Shown here piece by piece: positions 28,453 to 36,609 of a DNA stretch of 64,000 nucleotides; within the stretch, counting starts at the first letter, position 1; each line of letters opens with the position of its first letter. A model generated the notes under the pieces. It had not been told where the DNA came from. It made no database searches and saw nothing but the letters and a program-made list of their open reading frames with translations. Source of the DNA: an uncultured Clostridia bacterium (GTDB taxonomy: Bacteria; Bacillota; Clostridia; Christensenellales; HGM11417); NCBI GenBank assembly GCA_944332455.1, contig CALVJY010000001.1, positions 77,872 through 141,871 of the forward strand, given 5' to 3'. The position numbers were made by a program, and so were the translations under genes.

Positions 28453-29180
28453 AGCACTTTGGCCAGCACCCGGTAGAACTTGAAAAAGAGTTTGTCGGTG
28501 TAGACCGCCCTCCCCCGCTTTGCCGCCCGCAGGGCCCCTTTGACCACGTGGGGGACCTTGCAGTAGGGCAGCTTTTTGAACATGGGAGACTGCCCGCGCA
28601 CCCCGCCGACGTCCAGAAACTCGGTGTCCATGGGGCCGGGACAGACCGCGGTCACCCCGATGCCTTCCTTTTTCAGCTCCTGCCGCAGGCCCCGGGAAAA
28701 GGAGGTGACGTAGGCCTTGGTGGAGCTGTACACCGTCATGCGGGCGTTGGGCACAAAGGAGGCGATGGACGAGACGTTGATGATCCTGCCTCCCCGCTTC
28801 ATGAATTTGAGCACGGCCGCCGTCACCCCGGTCAGCGCCCGGACGTTGAGGTCGCACATGTGCATCTGCAGGCCGGGGTCGGCCTCTTTGACCTCGCCCA
28901 GCACCCCCATGCCGGAGTTGTTGATCAGCAGGCAGACCTCGGCCCCGCAGGATGAGAGGGCGGACGTCAGCGCTTCGACGCTGCCCTCCGCCGTCAGATC
29001 CAGGGGGAGGATCTCGGCCGGCTTTTTGAGGAGCTTCGCAGTCTCCTCCAGCCGGTCCTTCCGCCTGGCGATCAGAAAAAAGCGCTCGATCTCGGGAAAG
29101 GCCTCCTCCGCCCGGAGGGCGAACTCCCGCCCCAAACCGGACGAGGCCCCGGTGATCACCCCGACTTTCATACCTTTCAT
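28416..29180 (-). CDS. Short-chain dehydrogenase/reductase
   Basis: TGASSGLG, NNSG, YSSTK (start 29180 or 29171). Confidence 0.92.
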   Translation of the reverse strand: MKGMKVGVITGASSGLGREFALRAEEAFPEIERFFLIARRKDRLEETAKLLKKPAEILPLDLTAEGSVEALTSALSSCGAEVCLLINNSGMGVLGEVKEADPGLQMHMCDLNVRALTGVTAAVLKFMKRGGRIINVSSIASFVPNARMTVYSSTKAYVTSFSRGLRQELKKEGIGVTAVCPGPMDTEFLDVGGVRGQSPMFKKLPYCKVPHVVKGALRAAKRGRAVYTDKLFFKFYRVLAKVLPHAWLIPFVKT

Positions 29181-29486
29181 CTCCTTTCAAAACCCTTTTT
29201 AAGGCGGCCTCGCCCTCTGGCGGTTTCGGACGCCCGTCTGCCTGTTTCCAACCCTTCAATCAGATCCTTATTTTTCTCCCACCGGGCACTTTCTATACCC
29301 AAAAGAAGCCGCCCGGAACTCCTCGCCGGCCTCTTCCACCGAAGAGGCCGCAGGGGACCCTGCGCCGCCGGAAAAGGGGCCTGAAGAGGCTTTTCCGTCC
29401 TTCCGGCCGCATTTCCCCGCCGCCCGAAAAGGCCGAAGGCTTGTCCGACGGAAGGGGCCGAGGGAAGAGCCTTCCCCCGGAGTCTT

Positions 29487-29561
29487 TCAGTCCGTCTTTT
29501 TGACGAACAGCCGCAGGATCCGCCCCAAAAAGCCGGGGACTTTGACGCAGACGATCTTCAT
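29487..29561 (-). CDS. spoVM: SpoVM-like stage V sporulation peptide (24 aa), not called separately in ORF track
   Basis: MKIVCVKVPGFLGRILRLFVKKTD; aggagg RBS; follows thiN as in Bacillus. Confidence 0.8.
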   Translation of the reverse strand: MKIVCVKVPGFLGRILRLFVKKTD

Positions 29562-29563
29562 AC

Positions 29564-30187
29564 TCATCCTCCTTGGCCGGAGGGTCCCTGCCGCACTGCA
29601 AAGAGCAGCAGCGTGCCCCGACAGCGGATGCGCACCCGCTTTTCCCGGGTGACGTTGGAGATCCCCAGGGTGCTGTCGAAGGTGAAGTCCTTGCCGGAGG
29701 CGGGGTAATGGAATCCCTCCGCTTCCAGTATATGCGCCGGCCCGCAGATGGGGACCACCGAAAAGGTGGTGCCGGGGGGCAGCTCGGCCTCGAAGGCCGA
29801 ATCCACGGCCCAGATCCGGCAGGTTTTGGTGACCATTTCGGCCCGGACGCCGGCCTTTAATGCCCGGTACAGCACCTGCAGGTTGCCCAGAAAGTGGTCC
29901 TCCCTTCCCCCGCCTGCCCCCAGAAAGACCAACTCGTCCGCGCCCAGCGAAAGGGCGTAGTCCAGACAGAGCTGGCCGTCGGTCTCGTTCTTTTCCACCT
30001 GGAAGCGCACCACCCGCTCGGCCTCGGGGGGACGGGTCGAGGAATCGAAGTCCCCCAACAGATAGTGGATCTTCCATCCGTAATCGTGCGCGTAGTCCTG
30101 CGCCCCGTCGGCCGCGATCAACAGATCGTGATCGGGCAGATCTTCCCGCTCGGGGCGCTCTCCGTTGAGTAATATGACTGCTTTCAT
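29564..30187 (-). CDS. thiN: Thiamine diphosphokinase
   Basis: IAADG, LGDFDS, EKNETD, GGREDH, LGISN. Confidence 0.92.
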   Translation of the reverse strand: MKAVILLNGERPEREDLPDHDLLIAADGAQDYAHDYGWKIHYLLGDFDSSTRPPEAERVVRFQVEKNETDGQLCLDYALSLGADELVFLGAGGGREDHFLGNLQVLYRALKAGVRAEMVTKTCRIWAVDSAFEAELPPGTTFSVVPICGPAHILEAEGFHYPASGKDFTFDSTLGISNVTREKRVRIRCRGTLLLFAVRQGPSGQGG

Positions 30188-30275
30188 GTTCTGTGACTAA
30201 ACTGAATGATGGATCCTGTGCGCCGCGCTGCCTTTCGGGCGGCTCCCGGCCCTCAGGTCGGGTCCCGGGCGGATC

Positions 30276-30932
30276 TCAGCGGCCGGAGCGGATGCGCTCC
30301 ATGACCGCGCGCTGATCGGCCGAGCCGAACACATAGCTGCCGGCCACCAGCACGTCGGCGCCGGCGGCCTTGACCTCGTCCACGTTCTCCTCGCAGACCC
30401 CGCCGTCGATCTCCAGCAGGATGTCCCTGCCCAGCTCGTCGATGGCCCTGCGGGCCTCCCGCAGCTTTTCCATGACGGGGAGGATGAACTTCTGCCCCCC
30501 GAAGCCGGGATGCACGCTCATCAAAAGGAGCATGTCCACCTCGGGCAGGACCGGCAGGACGGCCTCCAGCGGGGTCTCGGGGTTGACCACGATGCCAGGC
30601 TTGCAACCCAACTCCCGGATCTTCCGGACCAGCGGGAGAGGCTGCTTTTCGGCCTCGATGTGGAAGGTCAAAAAATCCGCCCCGGCCTTGATGAAGGCCT
30701 CGGCGTACTTGCCGGGGTCCACGATCATCAGGTGGACGTCCAGCGGCAATCTGGTGTGCGGACGGATGTCGGCGATCATCTTGGGCCCGAAGGTGATGTT
30801 GGGCACGAACACCCCGTCCATGACGTCGCAGTGGATGAGGTCGGCGCCGTTTTTCTCGACTTCGGCCACCACCTCGCCCAGCCGGGCAAAGTCCCCCGAC
30901 AAGATCGAGGGCGCAACCTGAAACTTTTTCAT
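30276..30932 (-). CDS. rpe: Ribulose-phosphate 3-epimerase
   Basis: APSILS, HCDVMDG, DVHLMI, MSVHPGFGGQ, EIDGG. Confidence 0.96.
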   Translation of the reverse strand: MKKFQVAPSILSGDFARLGEVVAEVEKNGADLIHCDVMDGVFVPNITFGPKMIADIRPHTRLPLDVHLMIVDPGKYAEAFIKAGADFLTFHIEAEKQPLPLVRKIRELGCKPGIVVNPETPLEAVLPVLPEVDMLLLMSVHPGFGGQKFILPVMEKLREARRAIDELGRDILLEIDGGVCEENVDEVKAAGADVLVAGSYVFGSADQRAVMERIRSGR

Positions 30933-31033
30933 CTCTTTCACTCCTGTATGAGAAAATTTTCGGGAGGTCCCCCTCCCGGAACAGACTTTATATGCTATGT
31001 TTTTCTTTATTTGCTATGTTTTTGAGGTCGGCG

Positions 31034-31891
31034 TCAGTACCGCCGCTCCCACTCCTTTTTCAGCCTTTCCAGCCACTCCCGGTAGCGGGCATAGCGGGCG
31101 GGCGAGAGGGCGCCGTCTTCGGCCGCCGCCCGCACCGCGCAGTCCGGCTCCTCGGCGTGGGTGCAGCCCCGGAACCGGCACTGCCCGGCGAATTGGTCGA
31201 AGTCGGGATAGTACTCGTGCAGGGTCCGGGGATCGATCAGGATCCCGAACTCCGAAAAGCCGGGGGTATCGGCCAGAAAGGTGTCCGGCCCCAGCGCGTA
31301 GATCTGGCTGTGCCGGGTGGTGTGCCGTCCCCGCTCGATGCGGCTCAGGTCCCCGGTCTCGGCGGACAGCCCGGTCAGGGCGTTCAGCAGGGTGGACTTG
31401 CCCACGGCCGACTGTCCGGCCAGGCAGGTCAGTTTTCCCTGCAAAAGGGCGGCGATCTTTTCCACACCCTCCCCGGTCAGGGCCGAAAAGCAGAGCACGC
31501 CGTCGGCCGCCCTGCCGTACTGAAAGCGGAGATCCTCGAAAAATCCCTCCGGGTGGAGGTCGGCCTTGTTGACGGCCAGAAAGCTTTTGATGCCGTTCTG
31601 CTCCAAAAAGACCAGCATCCGGTCGGTCAGCCCCAGGTCGGGGGCCGGCGAGGAGGCCAGCACCACCAGCACCTGATCCACGTTGCACAGGGCCGGCCGC
31701 AGCAGCTTGTTTTTGCGGGGCAAAATTTCCTCCACCCGCCCCTTCTGGGGGTCAAAGGTCACGAAGTCCCCCACCTCCAGCTTGTCCGAGAGCCGGATCT
31801 TTCCCCGGGTGCTCAGTTCAAAGATCCGGGTCCCGCAGGCCACGGTGTACACGCCGCCCACGCCCTTGACGATCCTGCCCTGCGCCTTCAA
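31034..31891 (-). CDS. rsgA: Ribosome small subunit-dependent GTPase A
   Basis: NKAD, GQSAVGKS, RGRHTT, DTPG, CxFxxCxHxxEPxC. Confidence 0.95.
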   Translation of the reverse strand: MKAQGRIVKGVGGVYTVACGTRIFELSTRGKIRLSDKLEVGDFVTFDPQKGRVEEILPRKNKLLRPALCNVDQVLVVLASSPAPDLGLTDRMLVFLEQNGIKSFLAVNKADLHPEGFFEDLRFQYGRAADGVLCFSALTGEGVEKIAALLQGKLTCLAGQSAVGKSTLLNALTGLSAETGDLSRIERGRHTTRHSQIYALGPDTFLADTPGFSEFGILIDPRTLHEYYPDFDQFAGQCRFRGCTHAEEPDCAVRAAAEDGALSPARYARYREWLERLKKEWERRY

Positions 31892-32940
31892 GCCTCTCCT
31901 CCCCGGTCCGCCCGGCCGGCCTCGTACCGCCGGCGGAGCTGACCGCAGCTGCCCTGGACCTCCCGCCCGGTGGAACGGCGCACGGTGGCGCTCAGGCCGA
32001 GTTCGTGCAGCTTCTTTAAAAACCGTTCGCACTCCGCCCGGCCGGGAGAGGCAAAGGCGCTCTCCTCCACCGGGTTGAGGGGGATCAGATTGAGGTGGGC
32101 GGGAAAGCCCCGAAGCAGCTCCTTCAGCCGCTCGGCGTCCCCGTCCGAAATGTTGAAGTCCCGGATCATGGCGTACTCGAAGATCACCCGCCGGCCGGTC
32201 TTGCGGAAAAAGGTGCGGGCGGCGTCCACGATCTCCTCCACCGGATAACGGTTGGCCACCGGCATGATGACCTTGCGCTTTTTGTCGTCCGCGGCGTGCA
32301 GGGAGACGGCCAGCACCACGGGCAGCCCCTCGTCGGCCAGGCGGAGCATGTTGGGCACCAGCCCGCAGGTGGACAGGGAAATGCTCCGCAGGGAGATGTT
32401 CAGCCCCTCCGGATCGCTGACCGCCCGCAGAAAGGCGGTCACCTCGTCATAGTTGTCCAGCGGCTCCCCGCAGCCCATCAGCACCAGGTTGGACAGGGCC
32501 CGGCGCCGGGCGTCCCCGCCGTTGTCGCGGTTGACCACGGCCACCTGCGAGAGCAGTTCGGCCGCCGTCATGTTGCGCACCAGCCCGTTCTGACCGGAGG
32601 CGCAGAACCGGCACCCCATGCGGCAGCCCACCTGGGTGGACAGGCAGAGGGTGTTGCCGTAGCCGTGGGGCATGAACACGCACTCGATCAGATTGCCGTC
32701 CCGAAGGGCCAGCAGGTACTTGGCGGTGCCGTCCCCGGCCGTGAACTTCTGCTCGATCCGGCAGCCCTGGGCCACAAATCCGGCGGACAGCCTTTCCCGG
32801 AGCGCCTTGGGCAGGTCGCTCATCTCGGAAAAGTCCGCCCCCCGCTGCAGCCACTCGAAGATCTGCCCCACCCGAAAAGCGGGCAGATCGGGCAGCAGTC
32901 CGGCAAGCTCTTCCTTGGTTTTGGTCAGCAGTTCCTCCAT
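31888..32940 (-). CDS. rlmN: 23S rRNA m2A2503 methyltransferase RlmN
   Basis: CLSTQVGCRMGCRFC, MGCGEP, SCGQL. Confidence 0.95.
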   Translation of the reverse strand: MEELLTKTKEELAGLLPDLPAFRVGQIFEWLQRGADFSEMSDLPKALRERLSAGFVAQGCRIEQKFTAGDGTAKYLLALRDGNLIECVFMPHGYGNTLCLSTQVGCRMGCRFCASGQNGLVRNMTAAELLSQVAVVNRDNGGDARRRALSNLVLMGCGEPLDNYDEVTAFLRAVSDPEGLNISLRSISLSTCGLVPNMLRLADEGLPVVLAVSLHAADDKKRKVIMPVANRYPVEEIVDAARTFFRKTGRRVIFEYAMIRDFNISDGDAERLKELLRGFPAHLNLIPLNPVEESAFASPGRAECERFLKKLHELGLSATVRRSTGREVQGSCGQLRRRYEAGRADRGGEA

Positions 32941-33024
32941 TCGGCTCTGGCTCCTGAAAAATGACCGGCTTCCGCCCCGGCGGGCGTCCCGTCCGCCCTT
33001 TGGCCGGACGCAGGAGATCACGCC

Positions 33025-33088
33025 TGAAAGCCCGCCCGACGGCGGTCCTTACAATTTCCGTGTGAAAGTCCGCCAGACGGCGGTCCTT
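33025..33088. repeat. 2 x 26-bp hairpin-containing direct repeat (REP-like)
   Basis: tgaaagYccgccMgacggcggtcctt at 33025 and 33063. Confidence 0.75.
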
Positions 33089-33139
33089 TCGTTTCCATGC
33101 GGCGCCGCCCCAAACAGAGGACAGCGCTTGTTGCCGATC

Positions 33140-34375
33140 TCAGGCCCCGAAGTCCCTCCGTTGAAAGACCTGGCCGAAAAAGCCCTCGCTTCCCCCCGCT
33201 TCCGGGAGCAGCTTGAGGGTGCGGCCGGGCTGAAAATCGGGATGCGCGGCCAAAAATGCGGCGCAGACCTCCTCGTTTTCCTCGGCGAACAGGGTGCAGG
33301 TGGCATAGATCAGACTGCCCCCGGGGGCCACGTAGCGGCAGACGTTGTTCAGGATCTTCCGCTGCAGGGCGGCCAGGGCGGGAATGTCCTCCTCCCGGCG
33401 GAAGAACTTGATGTCCGGCTTGGAGTAGACCACCCCGAAGCCCGAACAGGGGGCGTCGCAGAGCACCACCGAAAAACGCTCCTGAAAGGCGGGTTCGAAG
33501 ACGGCGGCGTCCCGCACCTCGGCGGTGAGGTTCCGGCCCCCCAGCCGGGCCGCGTAGGCCGAGATCAGCCCCACCCGATGGGGATGGAGGTCGCAGGCGG
33601 TGACGTGAGCGTCGGGAAACCGCTGCGCCAGAAAGACGGCCTTGCCCCCGGGAGCGGCGCAGCAGTCCAGGATCCGACCGTCGGCCGGCGGGGGGCAGAG
33701 CTGCGCGATCTTCACCGAGCCGAGGTCCTGCTTGACGTAGCGGGCGGGATCGATCCCCGAGCGCAGCAGGGCGCCGTAGTCCGCCCACAGGCAGCCGGCC
33801 GCGGAGGGAGAAAAGGGCACGTTGGCCCGGGTCAGGTCGGCGCAGAAGGCATTCAGATCCCCGCAGACCCGGATGTGCTCGGCGGGACCGGGACGGAAGG
33901 AGAGCAGCCGCTCGGTCTCCGCCCGGCCGTACTCGGCCAGATACCGCCGCACCGCGAACAGAGGAAAAGAATACCGCACCGAGAGGGCCTCGGCCTCATC
34001 CTCGGGCAGGGTCAGCTCCAAAGAGGCCGCCCGCTTGAGCACGGCGTTGACGAATCCGGCCGCGCTCCCCTTTCCCAGTTTCTTGACGGCCTCCACGCTC
34101 TGCGAGACCGCGGCATAGGCCGGCATGTCCGAATGGCGGACCAGAAAGGTCCCCGCCCGCAGATAACTTCGGATGACCGGCTTCGGGGGGCGTTCGACCA
34201 GCCGGTCCAGCACAAAGTCGATCTCGATCAGCCGGTCGAACAGGCCGTAGCAAAAGGCGGTCAGGGCCTTCCCCTCCCCGGGATCCTGGGCCAGCTCGGC
34301 GTTGAGGGCCTCGCCCAGGTATTCCCCGCCCCGCAGCACCCGGTCGGCCGCCCGGAAAAACCGCTCGGCGATCAT
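33140..34375 (-). CDS. rsmB: 16S rRNA m5C967 methyltransferase RsmB/Sun
   Basis: NusB-like N-terminus (GFVNAVL), DCCAAPGGK, DAPCSG, YATCT. Confidence 0.9.
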   Translation of the reverse strand: MIAERFFRAADRVLRGGEYLGEALNAELAQDPGEGKALTAFCYGLFDRLIEIDFVLDRLVERPPKPVIRSYLRAGTFLVRHSDMPAYAAVSQSVEAVKKLGKGSAAGFVNAVLKRAASLELTLPEDEAEALSVRYSFPLFAVRRYLAEYGRAETERLLSFRPGPAEHIRVCGDLNAFCADLTRANVPFSPSAAGCLWADYGALLRSGIDPARYVKQDLGSVKIAQLCPPPADGRILDCCAAPGGKAVFLAQRFPDAHVTACDLHPHRVGLISAYAARLGGRNLTAEVRDAAVFEPAFQERFSVVLCDAPCSGFGVVYSKPDIKFFRREEDIPALAALQRKILNNVCRYVAPGGSLIYATCTLFAEENEEVCAAFLAAHPDFQPGRTLKLLPEAGGSEGFFGQVFQRRDFGA

Positions 34376-35295
34376 GAGGGCAGCAGGCTCCCCAGCAAGG
34401 GCCGGTGCCCGGCCAGAAAGGCGAGGTCGGACATCTTTCTGCCGTTGGCGGGCTGCACCTCGGTCAGCCGGAGCGCCCCCTCGCCGCAGGCCACCACCAG
34501 CCCGGAATTGGGGTCGGCGGCCAGCACTTCGCCCGGACGGCCCTTTCCCGGAAGGGCCCGGGCGGCGTGGACCTTGAGCAGGTTCCCCGCCCAGAAGGTG
34601 AAGGCCGAGGGCCAGGGATTGACCCCCCGCACCAGATTGACAAGATCGGCGGCCGGCCGGGAAAAGTCCAGCCTGCCGTCCTCCTTTTTGAGCATGGGAA
34701 AGTGGGTGGCCAGGGCCTCATCCTGGGGAACGGGGGAAAGCTTTCCTGCCTTCAGGGCCTCCAGAGCCTCCCGAAGGGCCTGCGCGCCCAGCACGGAGAG
34801 GCGGTCGAAGAGCTCTCCCGCGGTCTCCTCCGGGCCGATGGGGGTCTTTTTGACCCACAGGATGTCCCCGCAGTCCAGCCCGGCCTCGGTCTTCATGACG
34901 GTGATGCCGGTCTCGGTCTCCCCCCGGATGACCGCCCACTGGATGGGCGCCGCCCCCCGGTAGGCGGGGAGCAGGGAGGCGTGCACATTGAACACGCCCA
35001 GGGGCGGGATGTCCAGGATCTCCTGCGAGAGGATCTGCCCGAAGGCGGCCGTGACCATGAGGTCGGGCTTCAGCGCCCGCAGGGTCTGCACGCCCTCTCT
35101 TTTGAGGCTGGAAAACTGAAAGACCGGGATCCCCAGCCTCTGTGCCGCCGCTTTGGCCGGAGTGGGGAGCAGATTCCCCTTCCGGTCCCTGGCCCGGTCG
35201 GGCTGGGAGACGACGGCGGCCAGCTCCTCGGTCCCGGCCAGCATTTCCAGGGTGGGCACCGCAAAATCCGGGGTGCCCAGAAAGACCACCCGCAT
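34372..35295 (-). CDS. fmt: Methionyl-tRNA formyltransferase
   Basis: FLGTPDFA, NVHASLLPAYRGAAPI. Confidence 0.96.
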   Translation of the reverse strand: MRVVFLGTPDFAVPTLEMLAGTEELAAVVSQPDRARDRKGNLLPTPAKAAAQRLGIPVFQFSSLKREGVQTLRALKPDLMVTAAFGQILSQEILDIPPLGVFNVHASLLPAYRGAAPIQWAVIRGETETGITVMKTEAGLDCGDILWVKKTPIGPEETAGELFDRLSVLGAQALREALEALKAGKLSPVPQDEALATHFPMLKKEDGRLDFSRPAADLVNLVRGVNPWPSAFTFWAGNLLKVHAARALPGKGRPGEVLAADPNSGLVVACGEGALRLTEVQPANGRKMSDLAFLAGHRPLLGSLLPS

Positions 35296-35296
35296 C

Positions 35297-35794
35297 CTAC
35301 TTGCCTCCGTTTTCCCGGCCGTAGCGCTCCTCCTGCTCGGGCGTGGGCACAAAGCCCCGGTCAATGAACAGGATGCCGTCCCAGTGATCCATCTCATGCT
35401 GCACCGCGCGGGCCAGCCAGCCCGAGACCGTCACCTTTTTCCGCTTGCCCTTCAGGTCGCAGGTGACCACCGTCACCTTTTTGGCCCGGGTGACCATCAT
35501 GTCGTTGCGGCCCCGGATCGAAAGGCAGCCCTCGTAGTCGGTCTGCTCGCCCTCCCGCTCCACGATCTCGGCGTTGATCAGCTCCAGGGTGCGGCCCTCG
35601 GCCTCCACCACGGCCACCCTTTTCAGCAGCCCGATCTGCACGGCGGCCAGCCCGCAGCCGTCCTCCTTGCGCATGGTCTCGTACATGTCGGCCACCAGCT
35701 CCTTCAGCTTGTCGTCGAACACCTCCACCGGCCGGGATTTTTTGCGCAGAAAGGCCTCGTCCTTTGCCGTCGTCACGATTTTGCGTTCCGCCAT
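35297..35794 (-). CDS. def: Peptide deformylase
   Basis: GCGLAAVQ, EGCLS, QHEMDH. Confidence 0.96.
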   Translation of the reverse strand: MAERKIVTTAKDEAFLRKKSRPVEVFDDKLKELVADMYETMRKEDGCGLAAVQIGLLKRVAVVEAEGRTLELINAEIVEREGEQTDYEGCLSIRGRNDMMVTRAKKVTVVTCDLKGKRKKVTVSGWLARAVQHEMDHWDGILFIDRGFVPTPEQEERYGRENGGK

Positions 35795-35800
35795 TTCTCT

Positions 35801-36439
35801 TTACCTCGTCTCGTTGTTGTTCTTGATCTGCCCGGCCAGGTCCTCCGCCCGGTAGGCGTGATACCCCTCGTAGTGGTAGCTGGCGTCGATCCCCTTCATA
35901 AAGACTTCCCGATCCCCGATCCTGTCGGTCAGCGCGCTCTTTAAGAGGGTCTTGATCTCCAGGTCGTTGACCGGGCTCCGCTCCATGGCGCGGAGATATT
36001 CTTCCTTGTCCACCTTTTGCCAATCCACCACCAGCCCGAGCTCCTTTTTGAGCATGGCGTCCAGCCAGATCCGGGCCGACCTGCCGTTTCCCTCCCGAAA
36101 GGGGTGCGCCACGTTCATCTCCACGTACTTTTCCGCGATCTGATCGAAGGTCCCCTGGGGCATGGCGGAGATCTTTTTCAGGGCCGGCTCCAGATAGAGC
36201 GCGGAGGCAAACCGAAAACTGCCCTTGGCCAGATTGACCTGCCGGATCTGTCCGGCAAAAGGATAGAGGTCCTCAAACAGATAGCGGTGGATCTGGGAGA
36301 GCCCCCGGAAGGTCCCCACCTCGAAGGTGTCCAGCACGCCCTCCTGAAAGAGGGCCGCCGCCTTCCTCTTGGTCATCTCCTCCTCCGCCCGGGCCAGCTC
36401 TGCCGGGTCGGTGATCCCGAGTTTGTTTTCCAATGTCAT
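35801..36439 (-). CDS. fic: Class III Fic protein adenylyltransferase
   Basis: [12 protein letters not shown] and C-terminal inhibitory SYHYEG. Confidence 0.92.
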   Translation of the reverse strand: MTLENKLGITDPAELARAEEEMTKRKAAALFQEGVLDTFEVGTFRGLSQIHRYLFEDLYPFAGQIRQVNLAKGSFRFASALYLEPALKKISAMPQGTFDQIAEKYVEMNVAHPFREGNGRSARIWLDAMLKKELGLVVDWQKVDKEEYLRAMERSPVNDLEIKTLLKSALTDRIGDREVFMKGIDASYHYEGYHAYRAEDLAGQIKNNNETR

Positions 36440-36609
36440 AGGGCTTTTCCGCCTCCCGTCTGTTTTTTCGGCCTTCCTTGGAAAGAGTTCTTACCCCACT
36501 CCCCTGTGCGACCGGGCCGGCCGGAAGCCCCCTTCGGCGCTTTAACGGAGAATATTTTCTGCCTTGTCAAACCGCTCTTTTTTGGGCTTTCCCCGAAAAA
36601 ATCCCGCGC

